Assembly (NCBI GenBank): GCA_951406725.2 | Contig: OX597815.1 | Location: 154,504,001 to 154,568,000, forward strand | Direction: 5' to 3' | DNA: 64,000 nucleotides | From: Octopus vulgaris | Taxonomy: Eukaryota | Shown here: one piece after another, positions 40,735-54,881 of the stretch | Numbering within the stretch: position 1 is the stretch's first letter | Layout of the letters: each line of letters starts with the position of its first letter | The notes under the pieces: generated by a model | What the model was told of the DNA's origin: nothing | What the model saw: the letters and a program-made list of their open reading frames with translations, nothing else | Database searches by the model: none | Program-made: the position numbers and the translations under genes

Positions 40735-41753
40735 CAGGGTGGAATAGAGCAGAGGGACGTTTTCGAAAAATTCACAGCATCATTAATTTTAGATGCAAAC
40801 AAATTTTATCGACATCAATGTGTTCATATTGAATTAACATTTCCATTATACGGTGACTGTTTCCATTGATGCATTTCTGATGGCGTTCTTGGAAGTTGGC
40901 CTACACTCTCTCCGGTGTTGCCCTGACGATTTGGGCGACTTCACGTGAATAGCTTCCTTCAAATCATCCAATACACGCGGCTTATGTACATACACACGTG
41001 CCTTAAGGAGAAATCAGGGGCCCGAGGGGTCAAGGAATGTCAGCAAACCTGTAAATGAAGCGGTCATCGAAGAGAGGGTGACGAACGTCCATTAATGCTT
41101 TGACTATGTGGGACGAAGCCCCACCCTACTGAAACCAAACACGTCGAATATGCATACGTTTTCGTCGTAATTCAAGCACAAAGAAGTTGTTTATCATCTT
41201 CACAGTAACAGCATTTGCATTATTGTCTTGAAAAAAGTATAGAACAATGATGGCAGTTTTTCAACTGCGCAATAGACCGTCACTCTTCGGCCCAATAACG
41301 ATAGTTCTGTTGATTCACCATGCTATTGAAATGAAAATGAGCTCCATCACTCATTAACAAAATTATGGTTTGATTTGCCTCAAAAATTGCTTTCATCTGA
41401 CGTGCGAAGATAAGCTGCTGCGCATAGTCTCCTATTTATTAGTGTACCTCGTGTACGAAGTGTATTCACTCAACGTAAGAATGTGTGACATGTGGGAACG
41501 GCCTGATTTCGGTGTATGTTGAAGTGGCGTCGACGCTCCCGCTAAACTGCTGTGACAGACCCGTTATTCTTCACGTTACAGTCGTAGGCAAACACGCGAT
41601 TCTCTATCACCCACAGTATCATGGTTTAAACTGAAAAGAAAACAAAATGATGCTAAGACACCACGGACCCAATGGTACCTGTTGGGCATATGTCTCTCTC
41701 CCTGGGGCTGAGTAATAGCCATTTGAAACGTCCGTCCTCTCTTCCCCACCCTG
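40735..41753 (-). mobile_element. Decayed Tc1/mariner-superfamily element (DD41D/Tc3-like motifs) with TIRs
   Basis: cagggtgg..ggacgttt TIR pair; LLMSDGAHFH, WFQ*GGASSH, LKARVYVHKPRVLDDLKEAI. Confidence 0.8.
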
Positions 41754-42356
41754 AGCGTATATATATAAACACATAATGTATGTTTGTATATGTATGCATA
41801 TATACTTATATATTTCTATCTTTGGATATTACACGAAAATACAGCTTTTGCCGTTTATTACCCTTAGTTGGCCTTTACTCCCTTATCAGTGTGTCTCAAT
41901 AGATATATCTAAATTAGCTGTCTAGATTTTTTTACTCTATCAGCACCTTATTTCTCACTATCCGTTTGATGTCCTGGGGGTAAAGAAACTGTTATGCTAG
42001 CCCTACCCGACTCTCTTTCCCCTGTATCTAGGACCGATTTTATTTCCGCTACGTGGCTTTCATTGGTCATTTGATTTTGGTTTTGTTTAACCTTTTATTT
42101 TTCACTTGGCAATCGTGTCGCTCCGTTCCTTACTTAGAATTTTATTCGCACATTTAGCGACTTTCGTTTCAAAACTGTGGGTTGTATTGTGACCGTCGAA
42201 ACACCTTTTAATTTCAGTATGAAACGAGATCAATTAACTTGCTTCATCATATATTGTCGTCCTTTTGTGATCTGCACGAGTCGAATAACTGCTAGAAGCT
42301 TACTAACTTTCTACATTGGACCGCTGGATAGTACACACACACACAAACACACAGAT

Positions 42357-42590
42357 ACCTATTTTTTACTACCCACAAGGGGCTAAACATAGAGGAGACA
42401 AACAAGGACAGACAAAGGGATTAAGTCGATTATATCAACCCCAGTGCGTAACTGGTACTTATTTAATCGACCCCGAAAGGATGAAAGGCAAAGTCGACCT
42501 CAGCGGAATTTGAACTCAGAACGTAACGGCAGACGAAATACGGGTGCGCATTTCGCCCGGCGTGCTGACGTTTCAGCCGGCTCGCCGCCT
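42357..42590 (-). mobile_element. tRNA-derived SINE (family B)
   Basis: Reverse complement of 53012-53195. Confidence 0.9.
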
Positions 42591-43277
42591 GATACGTGGA
42601 CGCACACACACATACAAAAACACATGCACATACACACACAAGCACACGCACACACACGCAAAAGCACGTACACACACATGAACACACAAACATACACATA
42701 ACAGGGTTTTATTATTATTATTGAGTGAGAAATTAGTGCATGCCATCAAAGTGACACTGGGGTAAAAGATACGAAGTTCAGTATACCCATCATGGCTACC
42801 TATCTGATAAGTGTACACCAAGCACATGCTTCATAAGCATATGTGTTTGACATGGTGAACACATATCAAAATAAACAGCGCATGACTTTGCAGATGGGGC
42901 CAAGTCAGAATTTACTTTAGGTCGCGTAACCTAATCCATGCAAGCAGATATAAGGGTTTTTTTAAGGATGATGAACGAAGCATGGATGTTTCCAGATGTT
43001 AATTATTCTAACCCCAAAGAATTCCCCTCAATACATAGCTATGATGCTCCCCCACTACATTTGCTCGTGATCGGAGATGCAAATATTGTCAGCCATCAGG
43101 GAACATGCTCAACTTGTTAAGTGCAAACATCTGACAAATTACTCTGTGGTATTGAGCAGAATATTTGCTGTAGTCTATCATTTATACCAAGACAAACTAT
43201 GTACATAACACTTCCAATCAGTAGAGAGTCGAATTAAGGCGAGCCAACTATTATTATTATTATTATTATCATTATTC

Positions 43278-43872
43278 AGTAGTTTTATTTTTATAGCGTG
43301 CTTTCACTTCACTACCGAGCGTAGCTCTGTGTGCCTTGGGTATGTGCTGTGATTTGTTGTGATGCTCTGATGGTTATTGTATGGAAAGTGTTCTGCGTAG
43401 GATGTGTGCAGTGCCTAGTAGTGCAATTTTCTGTATGTTATATGTGTTTGTAAGTCCTGGTGTTTTTGTTATGTATTTGTCTGAATATTTTTTTATCATG
43501 CCTACTATGATAGGAATTGTTTCTGTTTTCAGATTCCACATTCTAGTTACGTCTATTTCCAGGTCTTTGTATTTTGAGAGTTTCTCCATTTCTTTTAGAG
43601 ACACGTTGTCATCTGCCGGTATTGATACATCAATTAGAAAGCATTTTTTTTCTTCATGATCTCTGACAACTATATCTGGTCTGTTGGCCTTAATTTCTCT
43701 ATCTGTGTGTATGGGCATATCCCAGAGTATGGTTGCTTTCTCGTTTTCTGTGACCTTTTCTGGTGTGTGCCTATACCATCTTTTTTCTGTTGTTATTCCA
43801 TAATGTTGGCATAGCTTCCAATGTATGTAGGGTCCAACTCTGTCATGTCTGTGAATATATTCCTTCTTAGCC
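43278..43872 (-). mobile_element. 5'-truncated Dong/R4-like LINE (restriction-like endonuclease end) inside (TAA)n
   Basis: RHDRVG.YIHW, ILWDMPIHTDREIKANRPDIVV..LIDVSIP, KLSKYKDL; TTA repeats on both sides. Confidence 0.92.
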
Positions 43873-43942
<70 letters not shown>

Positions 43943-43944
43943 TA

Positions 43945-44151
43945 AAGCGACGAGCTGGTAAAATTGTTAGCACGCTGGGCGGAATGCCTAGCGGTACCTC
44001 GCCCGACGCTACGTTCTGAGTTCAAATTCTGCCGAGGTCGACTTTACCTTTCATCGGAATCGATAAATTAAGTCCCGGTTGAGTACTGGTGTCGATGTAA
44101 TCGACTATACCTCATCCCTAAATTTCACGCCCTGTGCCTTTAATAGAAAGG

Positions 44152-44155
<4 letters not shown>
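43945..44155 (+). mobile_element. tRNA-derived SINE (family B)
   Basis: gcgacgagctgg...gagttcaaattc...gtcgacttt. Confidence 0.85.
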
Positions 44156-44184
<29 letters not shown>

Positions 44185-44689
44185 GTTGTTGTTGTTGTTG
44201 ATTATTGTTGTTGTTGTTGTTGATGTTGTTTGTTCGCAATGAGATATCTTTTCCTTCTTTCTCAAGGGCATGACTTTATTCTGAACATTCCTGGATAAAA
44301 TTTCCTTTTCGGTACTTGTTAAATATCATAATTTCTGAGGAAAGCCTAGCTTTGTACATGGAAGTATACAAAAGTAGGCTTGTTTCTACAGGTTTTATCT
44401 TATTTGCTTATACGAGCTGCATTTTTACATTCGAGGTGGCAACCAGAGGCAAATATGATTAAGAGAAAATATAGCAATAGAAAAGAAAAACACAAAACAA
44501 CGCTTAAACAAAATACATAACTGAAGGAAGAAACACGAGTAAAACTATACGCTTTAGGGAAAAACTAATGGAAAATTATTAATACAGTTTAATAATAGAA
44601 ATAATGATAATAACAGCAATAGAGATTCATGTAAGAAATCAGGAATTACAAACCGCTCACATAGTGCTTGTCGTACAGGTAATCTCAAT

Positions 44690-45565
44690 TCAATTGTAAC
44701 ACAAGCAGAGCTGAATTCTTTGAGATAATACAATTCCCAAAAATGAATAGTAACTTGGGGGAATTTGTAAAAATTAGTGAGTGCTTCTTTGCCACAGGAC
44801 CTAACCCAGGGAGATAAATTATAAAAAGATATATAATTTAGAAAATATTAGATAGGATTGTATTTCTACTTAAGACAGCAACTGCTGCAAGCACTTCACG
44901 ATATCTAGGAAGAAATCTCAAACATCACAGGACAACATTACGATGCAACTTCACTTTTAAAAGTGAAGTCTCAACGAAAACACACAGCGAAGCAAAAGCG
45001 TGGAAGGTGTTAAGAGAGACTGGAAATAATAATAATCTTCTGCGTTTAGTAATTCTCCACCCACCTCCTTTCTTAGTAGAAAGAGTCGATCGGTATTACA
45101 TTTAGGATGGAATGCGTTGTGCATTGAGCGGAGCTTTCTGTTCTTCAGTTCAAGTTCTGTAGCTTGGTCGTTGTCCATTTCAGAAAGAGAGCGGAGTATC
45201 TCATTCCGGGCATAACCCCTGTATTTATAGCCTTAATGACGTTTCCAGCATATAATTCTATGTCGAGAATCTTCCTAATTCTCTTCACATACTCATTAGT
45301 GATTGTCTCTCTCATTTCTCCTTTCACTATCATATTGTCTTGCAACACTGCTAGGTATTTTTATCCCTCATTATTCCACTAGGATTTAATGGTGTTGTTT
45401 TGTGTTAATTTTAAACCATCAGAGTTTACCTTGTGGCTTTTCTTCATAATTCCTACTGAGCACCTATTTTCATCAAACAGCTCTAGAATATGTTTACAGA
45501 ATACTCCCACTGTTGGATCATTTTTTGCATATAGCTTGAGGTCATACAAACAAAGCAGGTGATTT
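44690..45565 (-). mobile_element. Decayed Dong/R4-like LINE RT fragment
   Basis: INHLLCLYDLKLYAK, EYVKRIRKIL..EL..GNVIKAINT, HPKCNTDRLFL.RKEVGG. Confidence 0.8.
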
Positions 45566-45699
45566 ATTATTATTGTTGCTGTTGTAGTTGTTATTGTTGC
45601 TTTTGTTGTTGATGTTGTCGCTATCGTCGTTATCGTCGTCGCTGTTATTATTTTCCCGACGCTCTCCACTATTCTATGTTCTGAGTTATCTATGTTTTG

Positions 45700-46370
45700 T
45701 GTCTGTTCATTTCTTGAGGCAACATTTTCATCAACACTAGCGTTATTCTGAGCCTGACAGCCAACTGTGTTCTTCCAGTGATGACTTATAGTTCCAGCAT
45801 CTCATGCCAGATTTTATATTTTTATAGATGGTTTCAAATGCATCAGTCGCGATCACAGGTACTCTTGAGGCTCTGTAAGTACGTTACCTTTCAAACACCA
45901 GGTCTTGATAATTGTCAATGTTCTCATTACCTATCCTCTCAATAGTTTGGTCTGCAGGTACAGTTGCTTGAATTAAGATCCATTCTTTGGTCTTCTTAGG
46001 TAGGAATGTGATGTCTTGTCAATTATACTGCAGTCTCTAATCTGTGAATTTCATTTGACCATTTTCTGCGACTGGCAATGGTCACTATGTGTATTCGGTA
46101 CACTTCAGCCTCTACATTCTGCCAGCTGTAGTGCTTTGTTATGGCATTACGTGTACTCCTTCTCGGCCAGTTTTGAACAGCCAACAACAACATGCTTAAA
46201 TATTTCAAGTGGCTTTCCTCAAAACCTACGCAGGTGTTTCTGCATGTGGTTGTATTTGTTCGCATTAAAGAGAAATATGAAGTATTGTAACGAAATTTGA
46301 ATATTATATAGATTTTGGAAGCCAAATACTATACGTCTCTGTGGCACCTCAGGAGAGTCATTACGCCAAA
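45700..46370 (-). mobile_element. Probable decayed LINE RT 3' fragment (RTE-like)
   Basis: Weak motif resemblance in broken frames. Confidence 0.35.
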
Positions 46371-46804
46371 AATAAACATACACACTGGGCATGATGCAGT
46401 TACATAAGTTTCAACATACGAGTTCACATGAACAATTTTGCAAACCACGGAGTGAAATAAAACATTTTTCTTCTGAATTTTCGATTAAAAACAGTCATTG
46501 TTGAAACTGAATACATACATGAGCAATGTACAACATCCAGGCTAACAGTCATTTCCACTGATACTGTAGAGACCGGAAAACAGAATGTGAGACTTGAAAT
46601 ATTCCTAGTGACAGCAGGAATTGCAAAAGCAGTTAAATGCATCCATCATGCACCGAGAATTTTGTGGTTTTTATGCTGCTCGTAACTCAAGTCTCTTGTT
46701 TAATTTACGTAGCTTTACAATTATATTATAGAAAATATACACACACCTTTGAGTACAGAATTTTATTTCTGCTTGTATCACCAAACTTATGGCAATATAT
46801 CTGT

Positions 46805-46950
46805 CTATTTGTGGCTGTTTGGTAACAGGTTTGCTTAACAACCACATGCTTCTGGGTTCAGTCCCACTCCATGGTAAATACGGTGTCTTCTACTATAGTC
46901 CTGGTCCGACCAAAGTTTTGCCAGAAGGAAACTGTGCAAACACCAGTCAT
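46805..46950 (+). mobile_element. SINE family A head, degraded
   Basis: gtggctgtttggtaa...gggttcagtcccact. Confidence 0.75.
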
Positions 46951-46951
46951 G

Positions 46952-47030
<79 letters not shown>

Positions 47031-48819
47031 ACACACGCACGCACACAAACACACACACATACAGTTGGTGATGCAAAGAAGAAAACATAACTCAACATTA
47101 ATAAGCAGCATAAGCTACAGAATAATTTAAGGGAGTTTCGAGCATTGGCTCTTATCATGAAGCTGTCGGCGCCTAAGTCATTCTGTTATTTATGCCGATT
47201 AATTAATTAATTATAAAGCACACACACGTACGTATATATAAATTATCGAAAGTTTTCTTTCTATTAAGTCTTAATATTTGTAATTGAGTAGAAGGGGATG
47301 TTCTTGACTTTCTGTCTTCTTAACAGTATTATTATCAGTCTGTAATTAATTTCCTAATTGTGTAGAAGTCTCGTCTTATCACTATATTGTTCTCTGCTTT
47401 ACAGCTCAGATAACTTAATTTTGAGGAACTTATTTCTTACGCAAATACAAGAGAAAATTGTATGTCATTTTGTTTAATCAGTTACATTGATCTCAGTACA
47501 ATAGCGCTTCTTCCTTTATCGATATCAAACGGATGACAAGCAAAGTCAATTCAAGTGAAATCGAAAATCTAAAATAAATAGTATAATCAATTTATATCCA
47601 TGAACCAAAGGTAGAATTTTATACTCTCCTCTTAAATTCTAATTAATGCTATTGTTATCTTCAAAATTACATTTTTGGCTATTGTTGAATCTTTTGCTGT
47701 TTAAAGATGACATTTTGCCGAGAAGTAAATACGATGTAATTATATTTTTATATATAATTTGGTCGTGAGAGAATCAATATCACACACCTACGAAGATAAT
47801 ACTATACGTAGTCACTTGACACTAAATATTGATGCTGCCTTGTGAACGGTAAGGAGATAATTGGGTCTGACAAGGAATGTCAGTTGCCAACGCTATTTTC
47901 TTTTTTCTTTTTGGTTTATATATGTCTGGTCAACATGTGTGCATATATGTATATGTGTGCACGTGTATGTGTGCCAGTGCTTATGTGTATATATCTAAGG
48001 TAAAATATTCTTAAATTTTCGTCGTTGCGGACAGCCTGTCATGTAGCAAAATCAATTACTGTAAATAATTCAATACGGCTATTAGAATATTAGATAACAT
48101 GAGCTAAGGCGTAACGCCCTCGAACTCTTTTACAATTTCATGTTATATAAATATTTTTAAACGATTAATTTTCATGAGATCAACTCATTATCATCTCATT
48201 TTGTATAATTCTAGACAGTTATGAAAATTCTTGTCTTAGTCTTTCAAAGAGAACCAAATCATATATATGTCTTCACATAAGTAAAATATAGTGAGAAGGT
48301 ACCTGGATGTTTCTGGTAAAAAAGAGGTTACCCAGTGAATTCTGTTGACTGGCAGTTACACTAGGGATGAGACGATATCGGACTGAAGAAGTGTGTAATT
48401 TGTAAGCTTTGAATCACCTTATGATGATTTATGCTTATCAATTTATGCAGAATAAATAAAACACGATGAAAAAGGAAGGAACCTAACGTTCGAATTTTCT
48501 CCGCTGATATTAGAACATCGTAGCCGAAAACTGAACTTTGGCATTTAGTTTTGATCAATTCCTGACATATGTTTCAAGGTTTCAACAAAGTCCAAATATT
48601 AAGCAGTTAAGAAAAGTGGCATGTACTAAACAGCACATCTGAATATAAATGCTAATAAATATATTGACCTGTTTGTATTTGCACTAAATTCTAAATTTAC
48701 ACCAGGAGACTCTTGAGACAATCAAGACATTATATATATAGATTAAAATACCCCTATAGACTCTGCTTAGCACCTATTCAACTATTTATAGTCCGCGATA
48801 CCATGTAGCTCGTCGTTCA

Positions 48820-48975
48820 ACGTGGTATGGCTTGCGAGTGATAATCACCCTCATTTTGGAACAGCAGCTGTGTGATATTTGTACAGAACGTCTATAAAAA
48901 AAGTTTCCTGTATTTGTGGTTTCCTACGGAATTCTTATCTGATAATGCCAGAAATTTGTTTGCTTATGTTAATCA
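48820..48975 (+). mobile_element. Possible LTR-retrotransposon integrase remnant
   Basis: ICGFPTEFLSDNARNL resembles G.P..I.SDN...F; very short match. Confidence 0.3.
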
Positions 48976-49074
48976 TAATTTTCAAAGGTAAATGGGGCGA
49001 TTTATGCAATATTCCCTAGTCTATTTCTAGATTTCTTATTTATAATTGAAGAATTTAAGATATCTTAGCTTTGA

Positions 49075-50140
<1,066 letters not shown>

Positions 50141-50539
50141 GTTATCTACGTAGAAAAATACAGCAAACTACAATGGAAATGCTAAATATTTCACTTATAT
50201 ATTATATCAACCAAGTGTTTTACGTTTTCTGTTAAAAAATATTGCATTTGAGATTTGCTTTATTTTTCTTCAGGTGAGCTGTACTATAGGTTTTATTGTG
50301 TGTTGCTTTCAGATATATTTATGAAAACAATGACATATCATTGAACAAAGGCTAGTCTGTATAACATCAAATAAAGCAACAAACTGTTAATTATATTGTA
50401 TTTATTTACATCTCGTAAGCTCTTAAGATTTTATTCAGTAAATATAAAGACGTATTGTTATAAATATATATTAAATATTCAAAAATATGCTCCTGGAAAT
50501 ATTTGAAGTTATATTCGAATCCCTGAAGTGCTAAGACTA

Positions 50540-50858
50540 CCAAGGGCACCTTGGGCAAGTGTCTTCTGCTATGGCCTTTGGCGGACCAAAGCCTTGTGAG
50601 TGGATTTCGTAGACGAAAACTGAAAGAAGCCCGTCGTATATATGTACATATATATGTGTGTGTGTTTATCCCCCCAACATTGCTTGACAACCGATGCTGG
50701 TGTGTTTACGTCCCCGTAACTTAGTGGTTCGGCAAAAGTGACCGATAGAATAAGTACTAAGCTTACAAAGAATAAGTCTTGGGGTCGATTTGCTCGACTA
50801 AAGGAGGTGCTCCAGCATGACCACAGTCAAATGATTGAAACTAGTAAAAGAGTAAAAG
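50540..50858 (+). mobile_element. SINE family A lacking its head
   Basis: Homology to 29875-30215. Confidence 0.88.
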
Positions 50859-50969
50859 ATATATGTATATATATTACAAGTAATATTTTTATGAACAAAC
50901 CCGAAAGGCTTTGCAAGTTACGGAGGGAAGGCTACGGCTACTATGGAAGATTCATAGTATAATAACTGT

Positions 50970-51059
<90 letters not shown>

Positions 51060-51759
51060 TAACTATATTTATCCTTCGATTTGAAGCGACAATTTAAAAA
51101 AATACATATTGCATTTATTTGTGTGCTTGTATTCAATAATCGTAAGGATTTGTTTATTTTCTTTTTACAGGCGCTGAGCTTGCAGAATCGCTATTTCACC
51201 GAACGTAATCGCTTGCTGGAGTTTCTTCCGGGTTTTTACCCTCGGGGATGAAATATCTGAATTTCTCTGTCCTCCGTTTAGGGAACGATAAAATAAAGTA
51301 GCAAGTGATCACTGGAGGCGATATAACAGTTCTCTCTTCCTCTCTCCATATTACAGGTTTTTGTCAAATATATATATTAATTATTAAAAAATCTCTTATT
51401 TCTATTTTGGTATCTTAGATTCCTGAAATTGTTTGCTATCTACGCAATTCACACGAAGGACATGACTGTTACTTCATTCTTTTGTTAAGGACATGAAGTT
51501 GTTGAAATATTAGTTACGGATTTAGGAATATAATTGATCCAAGCATATAATTGGAATATAATTGATCCATGGAGAGATAGGAACGACTCTCAACAAAAGA
51601 TATCAAATATAATCATACTTTTGACTTTAATATAACGCGGGAAAGAAAAGCTTCATCTCATTTATACACATATATATCACATTTACGTATAGAGATACAT
51701 ATGAAGATGACCTACACACACACCCACACACATACATACGCACAAGCGCACACGCACAC

Positions 51760-51823
<64 letters not shown>

Positions 51824-51824
<1 letters not shown>

Positions 51825-52376
51825 AATAAGCAACAAGAATAACTTCGGTAATTAGGTAAGATCGTTTCACGCTACATCATTTTATTAAATGTTGTAAGTA
51901 TTAAAACAGTCTTAAAATGTTGAGCAATCATCAGCCATTAATAGAGGTTTTCCATTAATACATAATTTTCATATCAATTGATAACATTATAGAGAAGGTA
52001 GATATATAGACAATGATGTCGATTTAAAATTTAAGAACATTAATGTAGTAGAGTTTATCAACTGACTGAAGAATATTAAGAATATTCAGTTGTTTTGAAC
52101 TGCTAGAAGGTTTGGGAATATTCTGAATATTCTTCAGCCTGTTGATAAACTCTACTACCTAATGTTCTTAAAATTTTAATCGACACCTTTGTCTATATGT
52201 CTACCTTCTCTATAATGTTATCAATTGATATGAAAATTATGTATTAATGGAAAACCTCTATTAATGGTTGATGATTGCTCAACATTTTAAAACTTGTAAT
52301 ACTTACAACATTTAATAAAATGATGTAGCGTGAAACGATCGTACCAAATTACCGAAGTTATTCTTCTTGCTTATTT
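51824..52376. repeat. Palindrome, ~260-bp arms, ~28-nt spacer; Penelope pLTR continues to ~52478
   Basis: aaataagcaacaagaataacttcggtaat pairs with attaccgaagttattcttcttgcttattt. Confidence 0.95.
52265..52346 (+). ncRNA. Hammerhead motif (right arm; mirror copy at 51854-51937, minus strand)
   Basis: tgg TTGATGA...GAAA CGATCG TA cca; the mirror copy has CTGATGA but a mutated stem III. Confidence 0.7.
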
Positions 52377-52476
52377 TGATTATAATTACTTCGTGGATTT
52401 ATATGGATAACACCAAACAAAATTCTGGTGCATCTAACTTAAATACCATATTCATTTGAATCTAAATTTTGCTGAA

Positions 52477-52570
<94 letters not shown>

Positions 52571-53011
52571 AAGACATGTAAGGGAATACATCTGTGGGAC
52601 GGCATCACAACCGAGTGAAATTGAACACTAACTATTGAAACACACAACATATCTCAAAAACGAAGAAACTAGCGAATATTTAAGTATCTGCAACTGTCTC
52701 TCTCTGATTCCGTGCTGTTTCGATGCCTCAAATGGAATCTCTATCTCAGTGGTGTTAACAGCTAAAGGGATGCACCGGATGAAAGTCGCACGGCATAAGA
52801 AAAAAAAATCCATTTGAGATATTGAGACAGTGAATACACAAGTACATGAAATTACGTATAGAGAAGACTTAGCGACTTGATTAAAAAGAGGAAAAGTATT
52901 GATATTTCACGATAGAACATTTTTATAACAATATAACAGCTTCTATTTTCCTAAAGACTTCGACGCAACACGTAATAGCTTACCATTTATCATCGGCGAA
53001 ATGCTTAGCGG

Positions 53012-53305
53012 TATTTAGTCTGCCGCTACGTTCTGAGTTCAAATTCCGCCGACGTCGACTTTGCCTTTCATCCTTTCGGGGTCGATTAGATAAGTACCAG
53101 TTACGCACTGGGGTCAATATAATCGACTTAATACTTTTGTCTGTCCTTGTTTGTCCTCTCTGTGTTTAGCCCCTTGTGGGTAGTAAAGAAATAGTTATTT
53201 CGTCTATCTCTACATTCTGGGTTCAAACTCCACCGAGGTCGACTTTGCTTTTCATCTCTTTCTGGGTCGATAAATTAAGTACCAGTTGCGTACTGAGTTC
53301 GATTT
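53012..53305 (+). mobile_element. SINE family B plus partial tandem copy
   Basis: gagttcaaattccgcc..gtcgactttgcctttcatcc twice. Confidence 0.88.
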
Positions 53306-53307
53306 CA

Positions 53308-54214
53308 TCATCACAAGATCAGATGTTGCTGAAGAGGGAATAGATTTATTTCCTATGGTTATAATAGAAATGCCATAGTAGGTAATCGGTGATGCCGTTG
53401 ATGGTATATGTCCTTGTAGCAGTCGTTGATAAAGTGGTGGCTGACAACAATTCTTAACGCGGTGATGGTTGTGGCGGCGGCGATGGATGTGGGGGAAGCG
53501 ATGGCTGTGGCGATGGCTGTGAAGGTGACAATGGCTGTGAAAGTGGCGAACATGGTGCTCACAGACAACAGCACCAATCGCCGTTGCAGTTGTGATGGAG
53601 CAGGTTGTGGACGCATTTGGGCTTTTAATGATTCATTGGTCCTTGAGTTATCAGTAAGGATTCGTTAATACAGACATTTCCTGTATTCCCCTTCATGACC
53701 ACTATGAAAGCGTTTATCTCTTTCGTGTTGTTGCCGCATTTGCATAAGGGAGACGCGTACGTTCTCAAATGTTCCTTTAGTAGGATGTGGTACTTCTGAT
53801 GTAATAGTAGTCGCATTTTGGAACACAGTATCTAGTATGCCAGGTTTGTTTGCAGACACATGCACGCGTCGCGGATAGGACAGCTTGCCAATGTGATCTC
53901 ACTGACACATGTCTACGCAACGTGGGACACATAACACCCACCGGTAGTGCATGGTTAGCCATAATTTGAGATGGCAAATATACCTCACATTGTGAGGCAT
54001 GCGTCGGGTTATGTTAAATTTATATCTCGTGTACACAATGCTTTTTACTATACCAATAGAGGAAGGGGGGCAATTCTAGAATGAGAATTTAAAAAAATCT
54101 TTTCATCCCTTCTGTGAACACTTTAGAGGCAATTTTGGACACTTAAGAGACAACAGGGTGTTTTTCCTCATCACAAGATCAGATGTTGCTGAAGAGGGAA
54201 TAGATTTATTTCCT
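53308..54214. repeat. Identical 47-bp direct repeats (53308-53354 and 54168-54214) flanking 813 bp
   Basis: tcatcacaagatcagatgttgctgaagagggaatagatttatttcct. Confidence 0.92.
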
Positions 54215-54293
54215 TCGGTATATGAAAACATGTAGGTACTTACAAACATCTATGTATGTGTGAGTATGTGTGTGAGCGTGAGTCTGTGTGTAT

Positions 54294-54799
54294 GTGTGCC
54301 TAAAGCCAGCTGGAGGAGATGTTCTCCTGGGACTACAAGCTACAGTAACACCCACCCTTAGTGGTTAGCCATATTGAGGTGGCAAGTATACCTCACATTG
54401 TCGCGCAGTTACTGTTTATACCTCGTTCAGAGATTTATTATTGCTTGCATACAGTTTTTCGAGATCAGTGACGAAAAGTCACTGGAAAAATGATATAAGT
54501 ATTTGCATTGGGACCCCTTTCATCGAAAACCGGTGATTGTCGTACGCTGATGACAGGTCAATACCTAGAAACTGCAGTCCGTGCGTATCACTTAGGTTGA
54601 CGAGGGAAGGATGACCTCCCTTTGCAAATACCTTAGGGCACAGAAAGTGTGCCTAAAGCCAGCTGGAGGAGATGTTCTCCTGGGGGCTATAAGCTACAGT
54701 AACACCTACTCTTAGTGGTTAGCCATATTGAAATGGCAAACATACCTCACATTGTCGCGCAGTTACTGTTTATACCTCGTTCAGTGATTTATTATTGCT
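54294..54799 (+). mobile_element. ~354-bp HHR-bearing unit present as ~1.4 tandem copies (retrozyme-like)
   Basis: 54294-54445 is repeated at 54647-54799; the HHR lies between; no ORF. Confidence 0.8.
54533..54591 (+). ncRNA. Extended type I hammerhead ribozyme
   Basis: gtgat tgt cgtacg CTGATGA caggt caat accta GAAA CTGCAG TC cgtgcg t atcac. Confidence 0.85.
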
Positions 54800-54881
54800 A
54801 TACTAAAATCTTTTTGGAGAAATTGTTGAAAAAAATATGCTTGAACTGAAATCTCTCGTATTTGATTAAAAAGTACATAAA

